Of a stretch of 64,000 nt of DNA, positions 50,473 through 62,422 are shown piece by piece. The translations under genes were made by a program, and so were the position numbers. The stretch is from Vicugna vicugna. Taxonomy: Eukaryota. The stretch spans positions 1,128,753 through 1,192,752 of the forward strand of contig MU057560.1 of assembly GCA_013265495.1 (NCBI GenBank), read 5' to 3'. The number at the start of each line of letters is the position of its first letter. Positions within the stretch are counted from its first letter, which is position 1. The notes beneath the pieces were generated by a model. It had not been told where the DNA came from and ran no database searches. It was given only the letters and a program-made list of their open reading frames with translations.

Positions 50473-53400
50473 AGTAAAATTTTTTAAAAAAAAGGAAGAC
50501 AGGGAGAAAAGAAGGGGCAGAGGGGTGGATTTTGGCCAATTTCTTACCCACTTCTTTAAAATATGTGCTACATCAGCCAAAGTCCAGAAGAGAGCTCGAC
50601 CTGTTTACTGCACTTAGAAGGAACTTTTGTTTGTTTTGAATTTTGGTTAAAAATGTAAGGCTTTCATAGTTGCAAAATGTACATTCTCTTGGGGAAGATA
50701 ATTCCCTTTCTTATTATCTTCCGTTACACATTTTTTGTTTATCTTTCTCCATATGTGTTTCCTTATTTTTTTTCTGTGGCGTCTATTAAATAGGACAGAG
50801 GTGAAGAGGATATGGGGTTTGTTATCTGATGAGGAAATTATGTAAATAAGCGTCTGCCTCATGATAGTTACATGACTTTTAGCAAGCAACGTACCTTTCT
50901 CAGCTGCATTTTCTGATTTATATAATTGGCATACATTGTAATTTAGAGCTTTGGTAAAAGGTTAAATGATATAATTTGCAAGGGATTTATCAGGTGTTGC
51001 ATGTGCAGTAAAAAGCAGACTATCGTTCGCAATGATTCTGTGTCTTGTCATTGTCGCTGCTGATATCAGTAAGACAATGTCCCTGCCATCTGGCAGTACG
51101 TGGGGGCAGTTATAGGAAAGGAAATCGTCCGTAACTGTATTCACGTGGTGCCAAAGGGGTGCCTGGCCACCCAGCTTCTTCCATGCTTGACAGTCTGATG
51201 TCGCACCATAGACTCAGACTGATTTGGGGGGTGTCGTGGGTGAGGATCCAGATCTACCTGATTTACAGGAGAGCCGTGTGCAGGGGCCTCGTCTAAGACC
51301 TGTAGAGCCCAGACTCTGCAGCAGCCCAGCAGCGTCCTGCCTCCTCCCACGGTCTGCATCACTCTCTCTGACGTGAAGGACTCAAGCGCGCAGACTTGCT
51401 CGCCTGCAGGCGCCCGGGACGTCCCTCTCCCGTCACTGTGACCCGCTGCCTCCGTTGCTCAGGGCGTGCGGACAGCAGCCTCGCTGCGCGCGGGAATTTG
51501 CATGTCAAGCGCTTCCCCTGGGCTCTGATGTCTCGCTGCTGCTTCAGCACCAGAATGGATGGAGTCGACACACGTCTCCCGTATCTGATGGTGGGGCTGT
51601 CGCATACGAGCTTCATGATTCCTTTATGCCCCCGACTGTGCTCGTGCCTCTAATTTTAGATCTAAGTATCGCATTGTAGTGCTTAACTTTAGGACATGTG
51701 TCATGTGAGATGGATTGATGAAGTGCTTTGTAAACCAGGCAACTTAGAAGAAATCTATAAAATCCTTTTACAGTTAATCCAAGTATATTATTCTATGTCT
51801 TCTTCTAGATCCTAAATTTTCCTTTCCCAAATATGCAGCTAATATACTGAATATTTGTATCAGAAACACCCTCTCAGATCTCTTAAGATTAGAAACTCAG
51901 TAGTCAGCCAGGAAGAAAGGAGCCTGGGCACCTCTGTTGTTAATGGGATGTAGCTGTGTCACTATCTCTTTTCAGAAATGCTGAGAGACGCCTTTTCTTC
52001 ACAATGTCCCATCGTACATGTGCTTGTCGTCAAGACAGCTGTTGGGGCGACTGGCCTGGCCACTCACAACTATATTCATCACTTAATTTGCCAAAAATAT
52101 TTTTATTCCACAAAGGTTTCTATATTCATTCTATATTATTCATTCAAAATAAAATTTATTGAAACTCTGCTGTGTAGTGAGTTGTCCACAGCATCTGGAT
52201 GCATGGAGAAAACTGCAGTCAATTCATGCACGGTATCGACCTTGAATTTCTAACTTCTGGTCCCTAATTTTCTTCTTCATTGAACAGTTACAATTTTTCA
52301 GCACAATTTCCAGTCACTGATTCTAATTTCCAACCACGCATCCATTCCTTCCGCCAGTCCAGTGGACCTTACGCTGGGAGCCGTCTGTTCTCTGGGTGAA
52401 GAACCCAAGGACAGACCTGGGGAAGCTGAGATGGAGAACGAGGTCAGAGGGGCCTGGAACGGGGCGGAGGCTGGCTTTGAGGACCTCACTCAAATAGTTT
52501 GCTTCCTCCCAACTCTCACAAATTCAGATTTCACTCATTAGGAATGTGATATCTTTGAACAAATAAATAGGACAATTATGTGTCTTCTTTATAAAACTGT
52601 TTTGAAGGGTTTAAAAAGTAACATTTACATGAAATAGCATGAGCTCTTGTGATGCTGAGTTAATTACAAATTATCCTGACTTCAGCCAAAACCAACACCA
52701 AGTCAGCTGCTCTAAAGGCTCCCGGAAGGAACGGCTTGCTCGTCCAAAAACGTTGCTGTCTGGACTTTTCTCTGCTTCAGCTGGGTCTCGCCTGACTAAC
52801 CGCGGCAAGTCCCTGTGCAGAGGAGGCTGTGATGGAAAACCTGGAGCACGAGTCTACTTTGAGAACATTATTTTCTCCAGCTGCTTTTTGAAAGCTTCCT
52901 AGTGAGTTCAATCTCAACTTCACTTTCCCAAAGTTTCCCCATGAGTTTTAAATCTAGGTGGTTCTCAGGGGATGTTTGGCTCAGGAGCCCAACGACTCTT
53001 CTTGTCTGTGGGGTGCTCCTCACACTCTAAAATCAGGTGGGGTCCTTTGTGGCCCATCCCTCTGGTGCACAGTGCCATGGGGCGAAGGCAGGTCATCTGT
53101 GCACGGCTTCTGAGAGCTGGGCTGGCACGTGGCACGTGGCAGGTGGCAGCTGCTGTGCTACGTGTGACCTTCTCCACAAGAGGAAGGATGCCCGCTCACG
53201 GGATCTGCCACGGAACTGATACCCTTTGAAACTCAAGACTGAGGGCTTGAGAGGTTAAAAGGTTGTACCACTCTCCCCTGAAACCGGGGAGCAAGTTCCA
53301 CCACCTCCCAGGGGCGCACACATGGCATCCAATGCCCCCTGGGAGGCGGGGAGGGGGCGGGCAGCTACGTCACCCGGCTCCATCCAAACTCAGGGTGTCC

Positions 53401-54018
53401 CTGGAGTGCACACCTGCCAGCCTCCAGGATGGGGACCCAAGGTCGGTCGGTTTGCTGCGTGTGCTTGTTGTATTTCATCTCCCTCTCCAGGAAGCTCTCC
53501 GTGCCCCGTGAAGGAAGCCAGCAGAGGACGGGGTGCGGGTGAGGGGGTGCCTGCGTGCTCCGCCCCCCCCCAGCCCTGGGGTGAGCAGCGGGGCAGGACC
53601 TCCTGGAGCGCAGACCTGCTGGAGGCTGTTTGCACTTGGCAGGCCCCAGGCCACGACTGCCAGCCCTCCAGGGACCGGGCCCTGCTGGCTCCTGGCGCCA
53701 GCGTGGCAGCTCCCTGGGCCCAGGGCTCTCCGGAGGGCCTGGCTTCTCCAGCTGGCTCAGCAGGAGGGGGAAAAGAAAGACAGGGCGACGATCCCCGGGG
53801 GGTGGGGGAGCTTTCCACGAAAGCACTTTGACGACATCAGGTTGATGGTTACTTGCCTTTTTTTTTCTTTTTCCCTCTTGAAAATCAGCCCAAGGTAAGC
53901 AACAGAGCAGAGCTCAGGTGTGATCCTGGCCTGGGTGAGGGTGATGTGAGTCAGCGTGGATGAGAGCAGGGCTGTAACCGCTCACCCACTCACGGGCCAC
54001 GCGCTGCTTAATTTCCAT

Positions 54019-54236
54019 CAGCATTTCTCGGCCTGGGCACTGCCGACATTTGGGGCTGGACACGTCCGTGTGCTGGGGGTCGTCTTGCACACTGCGGGGC
54101 GTCTAGAGGCGTCCCTGGCCCCTCCCACTGGGTGCCAGTAGCCCCCCGCCGATTGTGACAATGGAAAAACGTCCCCAGACATGGACAAATTTTCCCCATG
54201 AGACCAGGGTCCAAAACACCCGGTTAAGAACGACCA
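54019..54236 (-). mobile_element. MER20 (hAT-Charlie), copy 1
   Basis: 'tttctcggcctgggcactgccgacatttgggg...tccctggcccctcccactgggtgccagtagc...ttgtgacaa...ccagacat...cggttaagaac'. Confidence 0.88.
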
Positions 54237-54755
54237 CCTTTGATATTAGACTTCCTCCTGGTAACCCAGCGGCTTGAAGAGGGCGGCCAAGGATGCTGTG
54301 ACATTCTCACCGCGGTCTCCGTCAGATCGCGCCTTATCTGATTCAGGGCTGTGCTTTGTAATTAGACAACATGATGCCTTAGGCTGAGGTGCCTGTGGAG
54401 GGTTACAGTGTTCTATCCTGAAGGTGCCGTGTCCACTTTTACAGGGGCCTTCGAGGTATCAAACAAAAGGAATTTCTTCACATATCACGGTAGGACCATG
54501 GCAGTGGCAACCAGGACACAAAGTCCCCTGGGCTCTCCGGCTTCGTTTCAGAAAACATTCACTGTGCACCCGTGTCTAGAGCGTCATGCTGGGTTTCATG
54601 GTGGCACAGACGGCATGACGCTGCCCTGTCCTCGAGGAATTTACCAGTGCTGAGTGGACAGGATGTAGGGGACTGACTGCACCTCCTGGAAGCTTGGGTC
54701 ACATAAGGGCTACGTAACCGTGGGATGTGCAGAGACAGACGTGAATACAGACACA

Positions 54756-54968
54756 GGCCAGCTTCTCAGCCTCGGCACGCGTGATGTTAGGGCTGGAGAG
54801 CTGCTTTGTCAAGGGCTAGCCGGGGCGTACTTGATGCTCCCCGGTGCCCCAGGCCTCCACCGTCAGACACAGCAGCACCGTCGCATCCCCCAAGTGGGAC
54901 CACCGAAAATGTCTCCAGAGGCTGGCAGCGTCCCCTACGGGACGAAGCCACTGTGCCTGATAACCGGA
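54756..54968 (-). mobile_element. MER20 (hAT-Charlie), copy 2
   Basis: 'ttctcagcctcggcac...ccccaggcctccaccgtcagac...aaaatgtctccaga...cgtcccct'. Confidence 0.78.
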
Positions 54969-55904
54969 GACGCGTGATCTAATGTAGACAGATGCGTAGA
55001 CAAGCCTACACAGCATTTACCCACCAGTGGTTGCATCCAGCCAGCCTTCCCTCAAAACCCAGGTGGAGACGCCCGGGGGAGACATACCCCGAGAAACGCG
55101 TGCTTCTCACGCACAGGGGAGAGCGGGGTGGCCGTTCATTGTGATCCAAGCAGAACAAATTGCAGTAAGCGGAAAGCCCTTCTCTCCCACTGGATTCCGT
55201 TTTCATTGTCATTGAGAAAATCAAGAGAACAAAACAGGACGAGGTAAGTCACCTGGGAGAAGCGGACTGAGAGGAAACAGGCCCCGACTCTTTCCTAACT
55301 GGCCATGAGTACGAGGAACAAGGTGCACATTCTTTACCAAGTAAACTGCGGGCGCCAGAAGCGTCCTTGAGTATCTTCTGTGCTCAGACTCCAAAGCCAT
55401 TGTACTGAGAATGAGAAGTTTGCTTTTGGAACAGATTCACTTTTATCATTGTGAAAATAATCTTTTCTGCCTAGGAGGAAAACGCCCTTTTTTACACATT
55501 TGGGAAAGTTTGACCTTATCTAGCACTCAGGTGGCTTTAACTGCTTTTCAATACGTGAATAGTATCTGTTGTATCTCCTTCTAAAACAATTATTCCAAAA
55601 TCCTTGGCTGTACCTTCCAGCTGGGAAGTTGATGTCTTATGAACATTTAAAAAAACAAAATCTAGCAGGACACGAAACTGCACTTAGTAGTAACGAGCTG
55701 CCCACGTGGTACAGTTTGTAGGAAGCAGAAAGCTGAACACAGAAATGCCTTTCCCACCTGCCTTCCCCAGCGGGGGAGGCATTTCTTTGGGTTAAGTCTT
55801 GACTGCAGATGGCCCTGCAGAGATGCAAATATGTTACTCAGAACAAGATAATGCATTAATCAACACATTATCACCAAGTTATTGATGGAGGAAGCCAATT
55901 AGGA

Positions 55905-56040
55905 CACTCAGTCACTCCACATTTATTGCAGGATCACCATATGCCGACCACTGGGTAGGAGCTGGGGACAAAGAAGAAAAGCAGACGTGCGCTCAGCCTG
56001 GGGGGCACAGCGCATTGAGAGACACAGACATCAGCCTATA
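55905..56040 (-). mobile_element. L2 3' end
   Basis: 'cactcagtcactccacatttattgcaggatcaccatatgccgaccactgggtaggagctggggacaaagaagaaaa'. Confidence 0.7.
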
Positions 56041-56127
56041 AGCTGCAGCTGCAGTGTCACGTGCTTTCACTTAAGCTGCTGCGCTTCCCCCAGCTCTGTT
56101 GCCAGGCCCCACGGCCGGTACACCCGT

Positions 56128-56308
56128 CATCGGTTCCCAGCACGGGCTGCGTGTTAGACTCCCCCGGGGAGCCCCTCACACCTGCAGGTGTCCACTCTCC
56201 CGCAGCCCCGGCAGATTCAGTCTGAGTCTGCGGGACGAATCTACTAGGCAATAGAATTTGTGAACTCCCTGAGGTGGTTCTGTGCACAGTAAGGGCAGGA
56301 GAACACCG
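56128..56308. mobile_element. MER5-family element
   Basis: 'ggttcccagcacgggctgcgtgttagactcccccggggagc...gattcagtctg...ctccctgaggtggttctgtgcacag...ggagaacac'. Confidence 0.7.
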
Positions 56309-59300
56309 CTCTGCCGGCTCTCCCTCAGATAATTACACCCTACGTCACGGCTTCAAATTCTGTGTTTCCTGGTCTCGCCTACTTGCTGAAACGTAATTTC
56401 TCAAGAGTCTTCCTAGAAGGACTGATTGAAGCCATTGGGTTAAAACCATGTATGCACTTTGAAGACGCATCTCTATGTGAGTCTTATGATAGAAAAGTTT
56501 GAAAATAACTGAGAAATAGACTTAAAACTTCAAGGGTGACTTCCCCTGCTCAGTAGGCTCAGGACCCCTTCCATACATATGACCAAACCCCACCTGGGCA
56601 CTTACCCCAGGATGCTCACCTGGAAGGCCAAAATAGCAGTTTACCTTACCCGGCGCCTTCCCTGTCTTCTCTCCCCTCGATATGGGGGGCAATTCCCCAG
56701 TCCCCTCTCTGAATTTCCCACCTCGTAACTTCCCACAGTGGCTAGAAAGCCGGCACCCCCACAGTGGGCTGGAGCCAGCTCCCAGCAGCCTGTGACGTGC
56801 ACACTTCTTACCAGCTCCAAACTCAGTCACACCGTTGCCTTGAATTCAGCAATCGTGGGAGTGTGTGCACCACAGAGATTGGCAAAGACCACAGGAATGG
56901 CTTTTTTATGGGCAGCTGGTAAACACTTACCAACACACCGCTGACATCCACCCACTTCCCAGGGGACAAGAGAGACGGGTCTTGCTGAGTGGAGCAGAAT
57001 GTGGACTTAAGCCGGAGTAAGTCAGACATCTAAGTCCCGAAAATGGGTGCAGTGAAAATAGTCAAACTTCTGACATTGACAGACAGACAGGATGCCAGCG
57101 TGGGGAGGGATCCAGAAAGATGCATCATTGGCTGGAAACAGGCGCATCCCAGCCTTTTCTAGGATTGTTCCTGGACAGCGTTGATCCATTTTAATCAGCC
57201 TCATTTCCAGCCTTGTAACAAAGTGCTTCCAGACTCAATTTTATAGTTAGTTTGGGTCCCATCTAGGAAGTGTTTACTTTTTGGAGAAGGTTGGAAATTT
57301 TCCTGCTCTCAGGGGCTTAATTTAAGCATTCTCTTGGCAAAAAAAAAAAAATGTGTATTATCTATGTTTAGATACAAATTATCTGCGTCTTCATTGTCTT
57401 TTGCTTCTTTTTAGTTGATACTCAGCAAAGACGACTTCTTTCTGTTTGGACCATTCTATCTGATGATTCACGTCCTGCAGATGCTGTTTTACTCACAGAG
57501 AGAGTGTGGGTGCCAGCGTGGTCCGGCCCCGGCACCCACGAGCCTGGGGCGACCGACGTGCGCGGAGACGCGGGAGGCTCTCGCTTCTGACGCCGGCGCG
57601 CTCAGACCCTGTGCCTGGGCCGCTCTAGCGGTCTCCGCTCTTCACGCCAGTCAGTGAAAAAACACTGTCAGTCTCTGAAAAATGTACAGTCAACATTACT
57701 GCCGGAGGTGTCCAACATAAAAAATAAAATGAAGAATAGCCAGCATGGTGGAACGTGGTGAAATTATTACAGACAAAAGAACTGCCTAAGAAATGACAAT
57801 TTATTAGTAACATTAAAACCGCAAAGGAAAACTTCAGAAAAGTTACACACGTTTGAAATAACACAAAGTAAATTGCATTAGTTTAAAAGGCAATGAAACA
57901 ATGGAGATTTCTTAGCAGACACAAAATCAGTAAAATTTCCTTGAAAAATTAAATTTGGGAAGATGATTTCTATTCTGTCTGTCATTGCTAAATTTGTTAC
58001 GGGTAAACATATGAATATTGTAAATCGTCACTTTAAAATAAGCGTGGCACGGTGGTAAACTTAGCTGCACACCAGCGAAAGCACGACAGAAAGAAAGTGA
58101 AAGAGACTGCCTTGCGCTGCGTGGAGCCGCAGCCTGGGGAGCTGGCCGCCAGCGCCAGCGAGCGGTTGAGGCAAAATCCATCAGTGTCAGTATAAATTCA
58201 ATTTAGCCGCTTGTACTTAGCAACAGGCAGTGTCCACATGTTCCTCGGCGTCAAGGTTCTAGGGTCAGATTAGCCAGCGTTGTCTTTTCAACGTCAAGGA
58301 GTCCAAAATATTCGTATAATGACGATCTCAAGACAGCAGGAAGAGCTGCGACCCTCCCGCACACCCAGGGCCGCGCCGGCCCGTCGATGACCGGGGAGGA
58401 GCCTGCGCTGCTTCCGCTCTGATAATCCAGACGCAGCGGGTCATTTCAGCCTTTTGCTGGAGGCTGGTGGCACTGGTGAGACACGGACCAGGTGATCCTG
58501 TGGGCCTGTGCATCCACAGGGCGGATGGGGCAGAAAACTCTCAGAGAAGGGTCCCCGGGCAAGAGGGGACCCCTGCACTCCAGCAGGCACGGTGGCAAGC
58601 TGTTACCCACATTACGGCAGGCGCAGCGTGCCACAGCAGGCGCTGAGACCCGTGCCAGCGAAGCTGTTATTAAAGATGTTGTTATTACAGCGTCCCGTGG
58701 TGCCTAGAGCTTGCAGAGACGTGGTGCCACGTGCCCCTAACTCAATCCACTGACCCAGTCCAAAATATCGTAACGAATATTCCAAATACAGGGAGACTCT
58801 GGGTAAATATTCATATACGTCTATGCAAGCGAGCAGGTGTGCATGTATGTGTGTGTGTGCACTGTGCAAACCTGAAAATGGGCCAGGCTTCTCATCTGGC
58901 TTCTGTTTCTCCATAAGGAACTTGTAGAGATGATGTCAGTGTTTCATCAACAGCCCACCGAAGTGAGGCTAAGCCAAGTTTAACCAGGTTTCCAATGGAT
59001 AGGGGTCCTCCATCAGTGTTTATGCTTTGTCCGCATTAGTCTGGCCTCGGGGTCAAGGCTCAATGAAACATGGAGGAGAAATCTGAGTCGCCCCAGTTTA
59101 AGAAGCTCACCTTTGGTGGCATCGTCTGTTCAACAATAACACGCATTTATTAAGTGCCTGCAACATGTAAGGCTGTGCTGCACACTGCACGTACAGAAAC
59201 CAGAACGACTCTGCCTTAGGGCAGCTAAATTCTCATGGGCTTTTGTACCTACTGGAAAGTTAATTCTGTCCTCTATGCAGATGGAGACAATTGGGCCACC

Positions 59301-59399
59301 AGTGTGAGATGGGAACAGTAAGCCAAGTTCTACCAAAAATGTCTTCATGCGGCCAGTAAGGGACTTGCCTCAGCTGAATTCCCAAACTTGGACCTCGTT

Positions 59400-59600
59400 C
59401 TGTGCCCTTCTTCCCCCTTCGTCCGTCACCTTTCCTTCCCTGCTAGAATTCCACTGTCCTTGGGGGCCTGCCCTCGCCACCACCTTTGCACAGATCCGAT
59501 GCAATGATCATTTTCAGTAATCTGTCTCCCTGCTGCATTTTCATCTGTTTAAGAGCAGAGACTGAACATTTCTCTGAAGAATTACCATTCTATGCTAGCC
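59400..59600 (+). mobile_element. L2 fragment
   Basis: 'tctgtctccctgctgcattttcatctgtttaagagcagagactg'. Confidence 0.5.
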
Positions 59601-62319
59601 CCAAACAGTGAAAAGAGACTCTGTACCTTCCTTTCAGCCCAGAATTCACCCAGACTTCCCATGGCCTTAGGTCGGACAGCTTCCTCCTTTTGGCTTTTTC
59701 TTTCTTTCCTTGATTCTAGTACATGAACAGGTACCATGGCTGCCCCTCACCTGCTTTCTGGACTCTTTCTTCTTCCACGATGAGCATTCTGTTGACTTGG
59801 TTTTCTGTGCAACCCATAAAGCTCCATTATTTGATTAAAATCACATATTTGAACTCAGAGAGGGCTGTGATGTACAGACTTCACCATCTGAGCTTCAATC
59901 ACCCTGAGTTTCATCTCAAAACCATTTGTAGTCATATAACTCTTTGGTTTCCCTAAAGAGAAGTAAGGAAACACCATGCATTTTATGGAGTTGTGACTTA
60001 TTGGGTCTGTTAAGTTACACATTTTTCTCTGTATTTTAAAAGACTACTAAATTAACGTTGATGATTAAATCACTCACCGGCCTTCACAAAACACACAGCA
60101 AATTAAAATCACTAAATTCCACAGTCACATTTCATTTGATTAATCATCACTTTAAGGTAAAAGAAGGGAATGTATTGTTTGATGGCCTACTGGATATTCT
60201 TCAGTAGCTGTTTCTCAATTTTCCACATTACAGAAATTAAATTATTTGATACTATTCTTTTAAAAGATTCATTTCCTAGCTCAATAGCAATGCCATGTTA
60301 ATACGAATGAACTGAAGTGTCCTTTCCCTCTGCAGATTTGTAGTGTCCTTGTCCCGGGATTCTGAGCAAGAGCATATTCTGTGGACTAAATTGTGGTTAT
60401 TTGCGCGTGTTTGCATTTGGGGAATAACTTCCTCGACTCGTTCTTCTCGTGAGAACGAGCATAAGAAGCTGCTCCTCAGACCAGGCATGACTACTGGCGC
60501 CTGCTCCCAAGTACCGCGGAACTTTGACAGGTTACCTGCTTAGAAAATGAAAGGGGTGAGAGTGTTTTTACACCCATGGCCCGGCTGCCTGCAGATCATT
60601 TCTTGGTTCTTGGCCATGCATTGCAGATTCAAGTGATGATTACATAATGGGAAAATGTACGTGTCCTAGGAATCTAACGCCTCTGCTCTGTTCTGAGAAA
60701 AATGTGAGTTACCTTATTCATTAAAAGACCACAAGGGAAAGAAGACAGTGCCTACGAGTTCCTTCCCTTTACAGTTCTCATTTAAACATCTGAGTACACA
60801 CACACATCCCAGATGCATATTCCTTTATTTGGTTTGCTTCCTGGATTTCTGTCTCCTTAAAACAGCTCCAGCAGCGTGAAGGTCCACATTCTGCAGGCTT
60901 GGTCATCACCCAGGACTCACCCCTAAGCACAGAGCCTTCACAGAGCAGGTGCTGGTTAGGTATATTTTGACTCCTCGACTACCAGGCTGACTCACTAATA
61001 AATAACTCTGCACGTGAATGGATAGCTGAATAAGTTCTAAGAAAATAAGCTTGAGGAAATAGAGATTCTTTCTGACAACATATTTTGTACTAGATATTTA
61101 TGCCTCATTAAGAAGAAGCTAAGTTGGTGCTTATACGCAAAAAAAATTATTAGTAAAACCATTACTTAGGATCATTTTGACTCCGTTGTAAAGGACGATC
61201 AGTCTTTAGTTTGAGGTTCTAGCCATTGACAGTTGCCACGGAGTAGAGACATTGCGTGTCCTTCTCTGGGAAATCTCACAGGTAGCCGTGAGACCCGTGA
61301 GGTTTAACTCGTCACGATGGTCGAGAATGACTGTAATACACGAAGAGCGCAGAGTTTTAGAATCCAGCTCAAACAAATAGGGAATTTATATGATTAAGCA
61401 AACGTGAACATGCTAATCAAGGGACTTCTAGGAGTTCTGCTTTTTTAATTGAAAAGTACTTACTGGCAGTTTACCAAATGCTAAGGTGTTTTCCTGCCAG
61501 ACCTTATAATAGACGGCCTCAGCTCCACTTGATACTATGTGACTTAGCGCAGGGTACTTATAGGGTTTTTTTCTGTATATAAAATAGATACAATAATAGT
61601 AACTATCTCATTTTTTAACTTAAGTATAGTTGACTTACAATGTTGTGTAATTCCTGTGCAAGTGGTTAGTATCAGATCCACACTCTGAAAAGTCTCAATA
61701 AAGACTAGCTATTAATTAAAAATAATGATAGAAGATTATCTGTAATTTTCTGGAGTAACTCTTCAGTGCTCTGGATATGCCAAGATGTAATTACCACAGC
61801 GAGCTGAAATAAGAAACGTTTATAGAGAGTGTTTGACTATCTGAATCCCAAAGTCAGGCAGCATGAAGAACCGCTGAGATCTTGCACAGGGTCAGTCCAA
61901 ACTCGGGACCCTAAGGGAACATAAGTGCACTTTTGATAAGAGCTGAACAGATACCTATGAAGCCTAGAGAAAGGAAAAAATAGAAATAGTGAAGTTATTC
62001 AAAACTAGTCCAACAGTGAAGATGGATACTTGGAAGCAGATTGGTATCAAAATATTGCTGTAAAGGCACAGAGATGATCTCAGGTGTTAATCAGTAAAAA
62101 AAGACATTCTGGAGGCAGAGATGAGTGTGGCTGACATGTGGGGACCTTGCGGCAGACCCTGGACAGAGCTGGGGAAGCAGGGGGCAGAGAAGCGCCAAAG
62201 GGATGGTGAGAAGCCGCCTGTGTCTGGAGGCAGGCCCGCTCCCCCTCGCCGTCCGTGCGTCTGCTGCACCACGAACAGCATCCCCCAGAAGTCCCAGAGT
62301 GCGGAGCCTCAGGACCTCC

Positions 62320-62422
62320 GAGGGCAGGCCCACCAGGTTTAGCAAAGAAGAATTCAGGGTGCCCAGTTACATAGTAATTTGAGAAAAACGATAGATACTA
62401 TTTCATTATACACACGTCCCGA
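62320..62422 (+). mobile_element. MER53 (hAT) left half
   Basis: 'ccaggtttagcaaagaagaattcagggtgcccagttacatagtaatttgagaaaaac' resembles MER53 'ccagatttagcaaataaaaatacaggacgcccagttaaatttgaatttcagataaac'. Confidence 0.7.

Noticed and set aside
51543..51565. REST/RE1-like TTCAGCACC
   Set aside because: Only the left half-site; the right half GGACAG is absent at canonical spacing
57415..57510. Strong acceptor followed by open frames
   Set aside because: No good donor and the peptides are unrecognised
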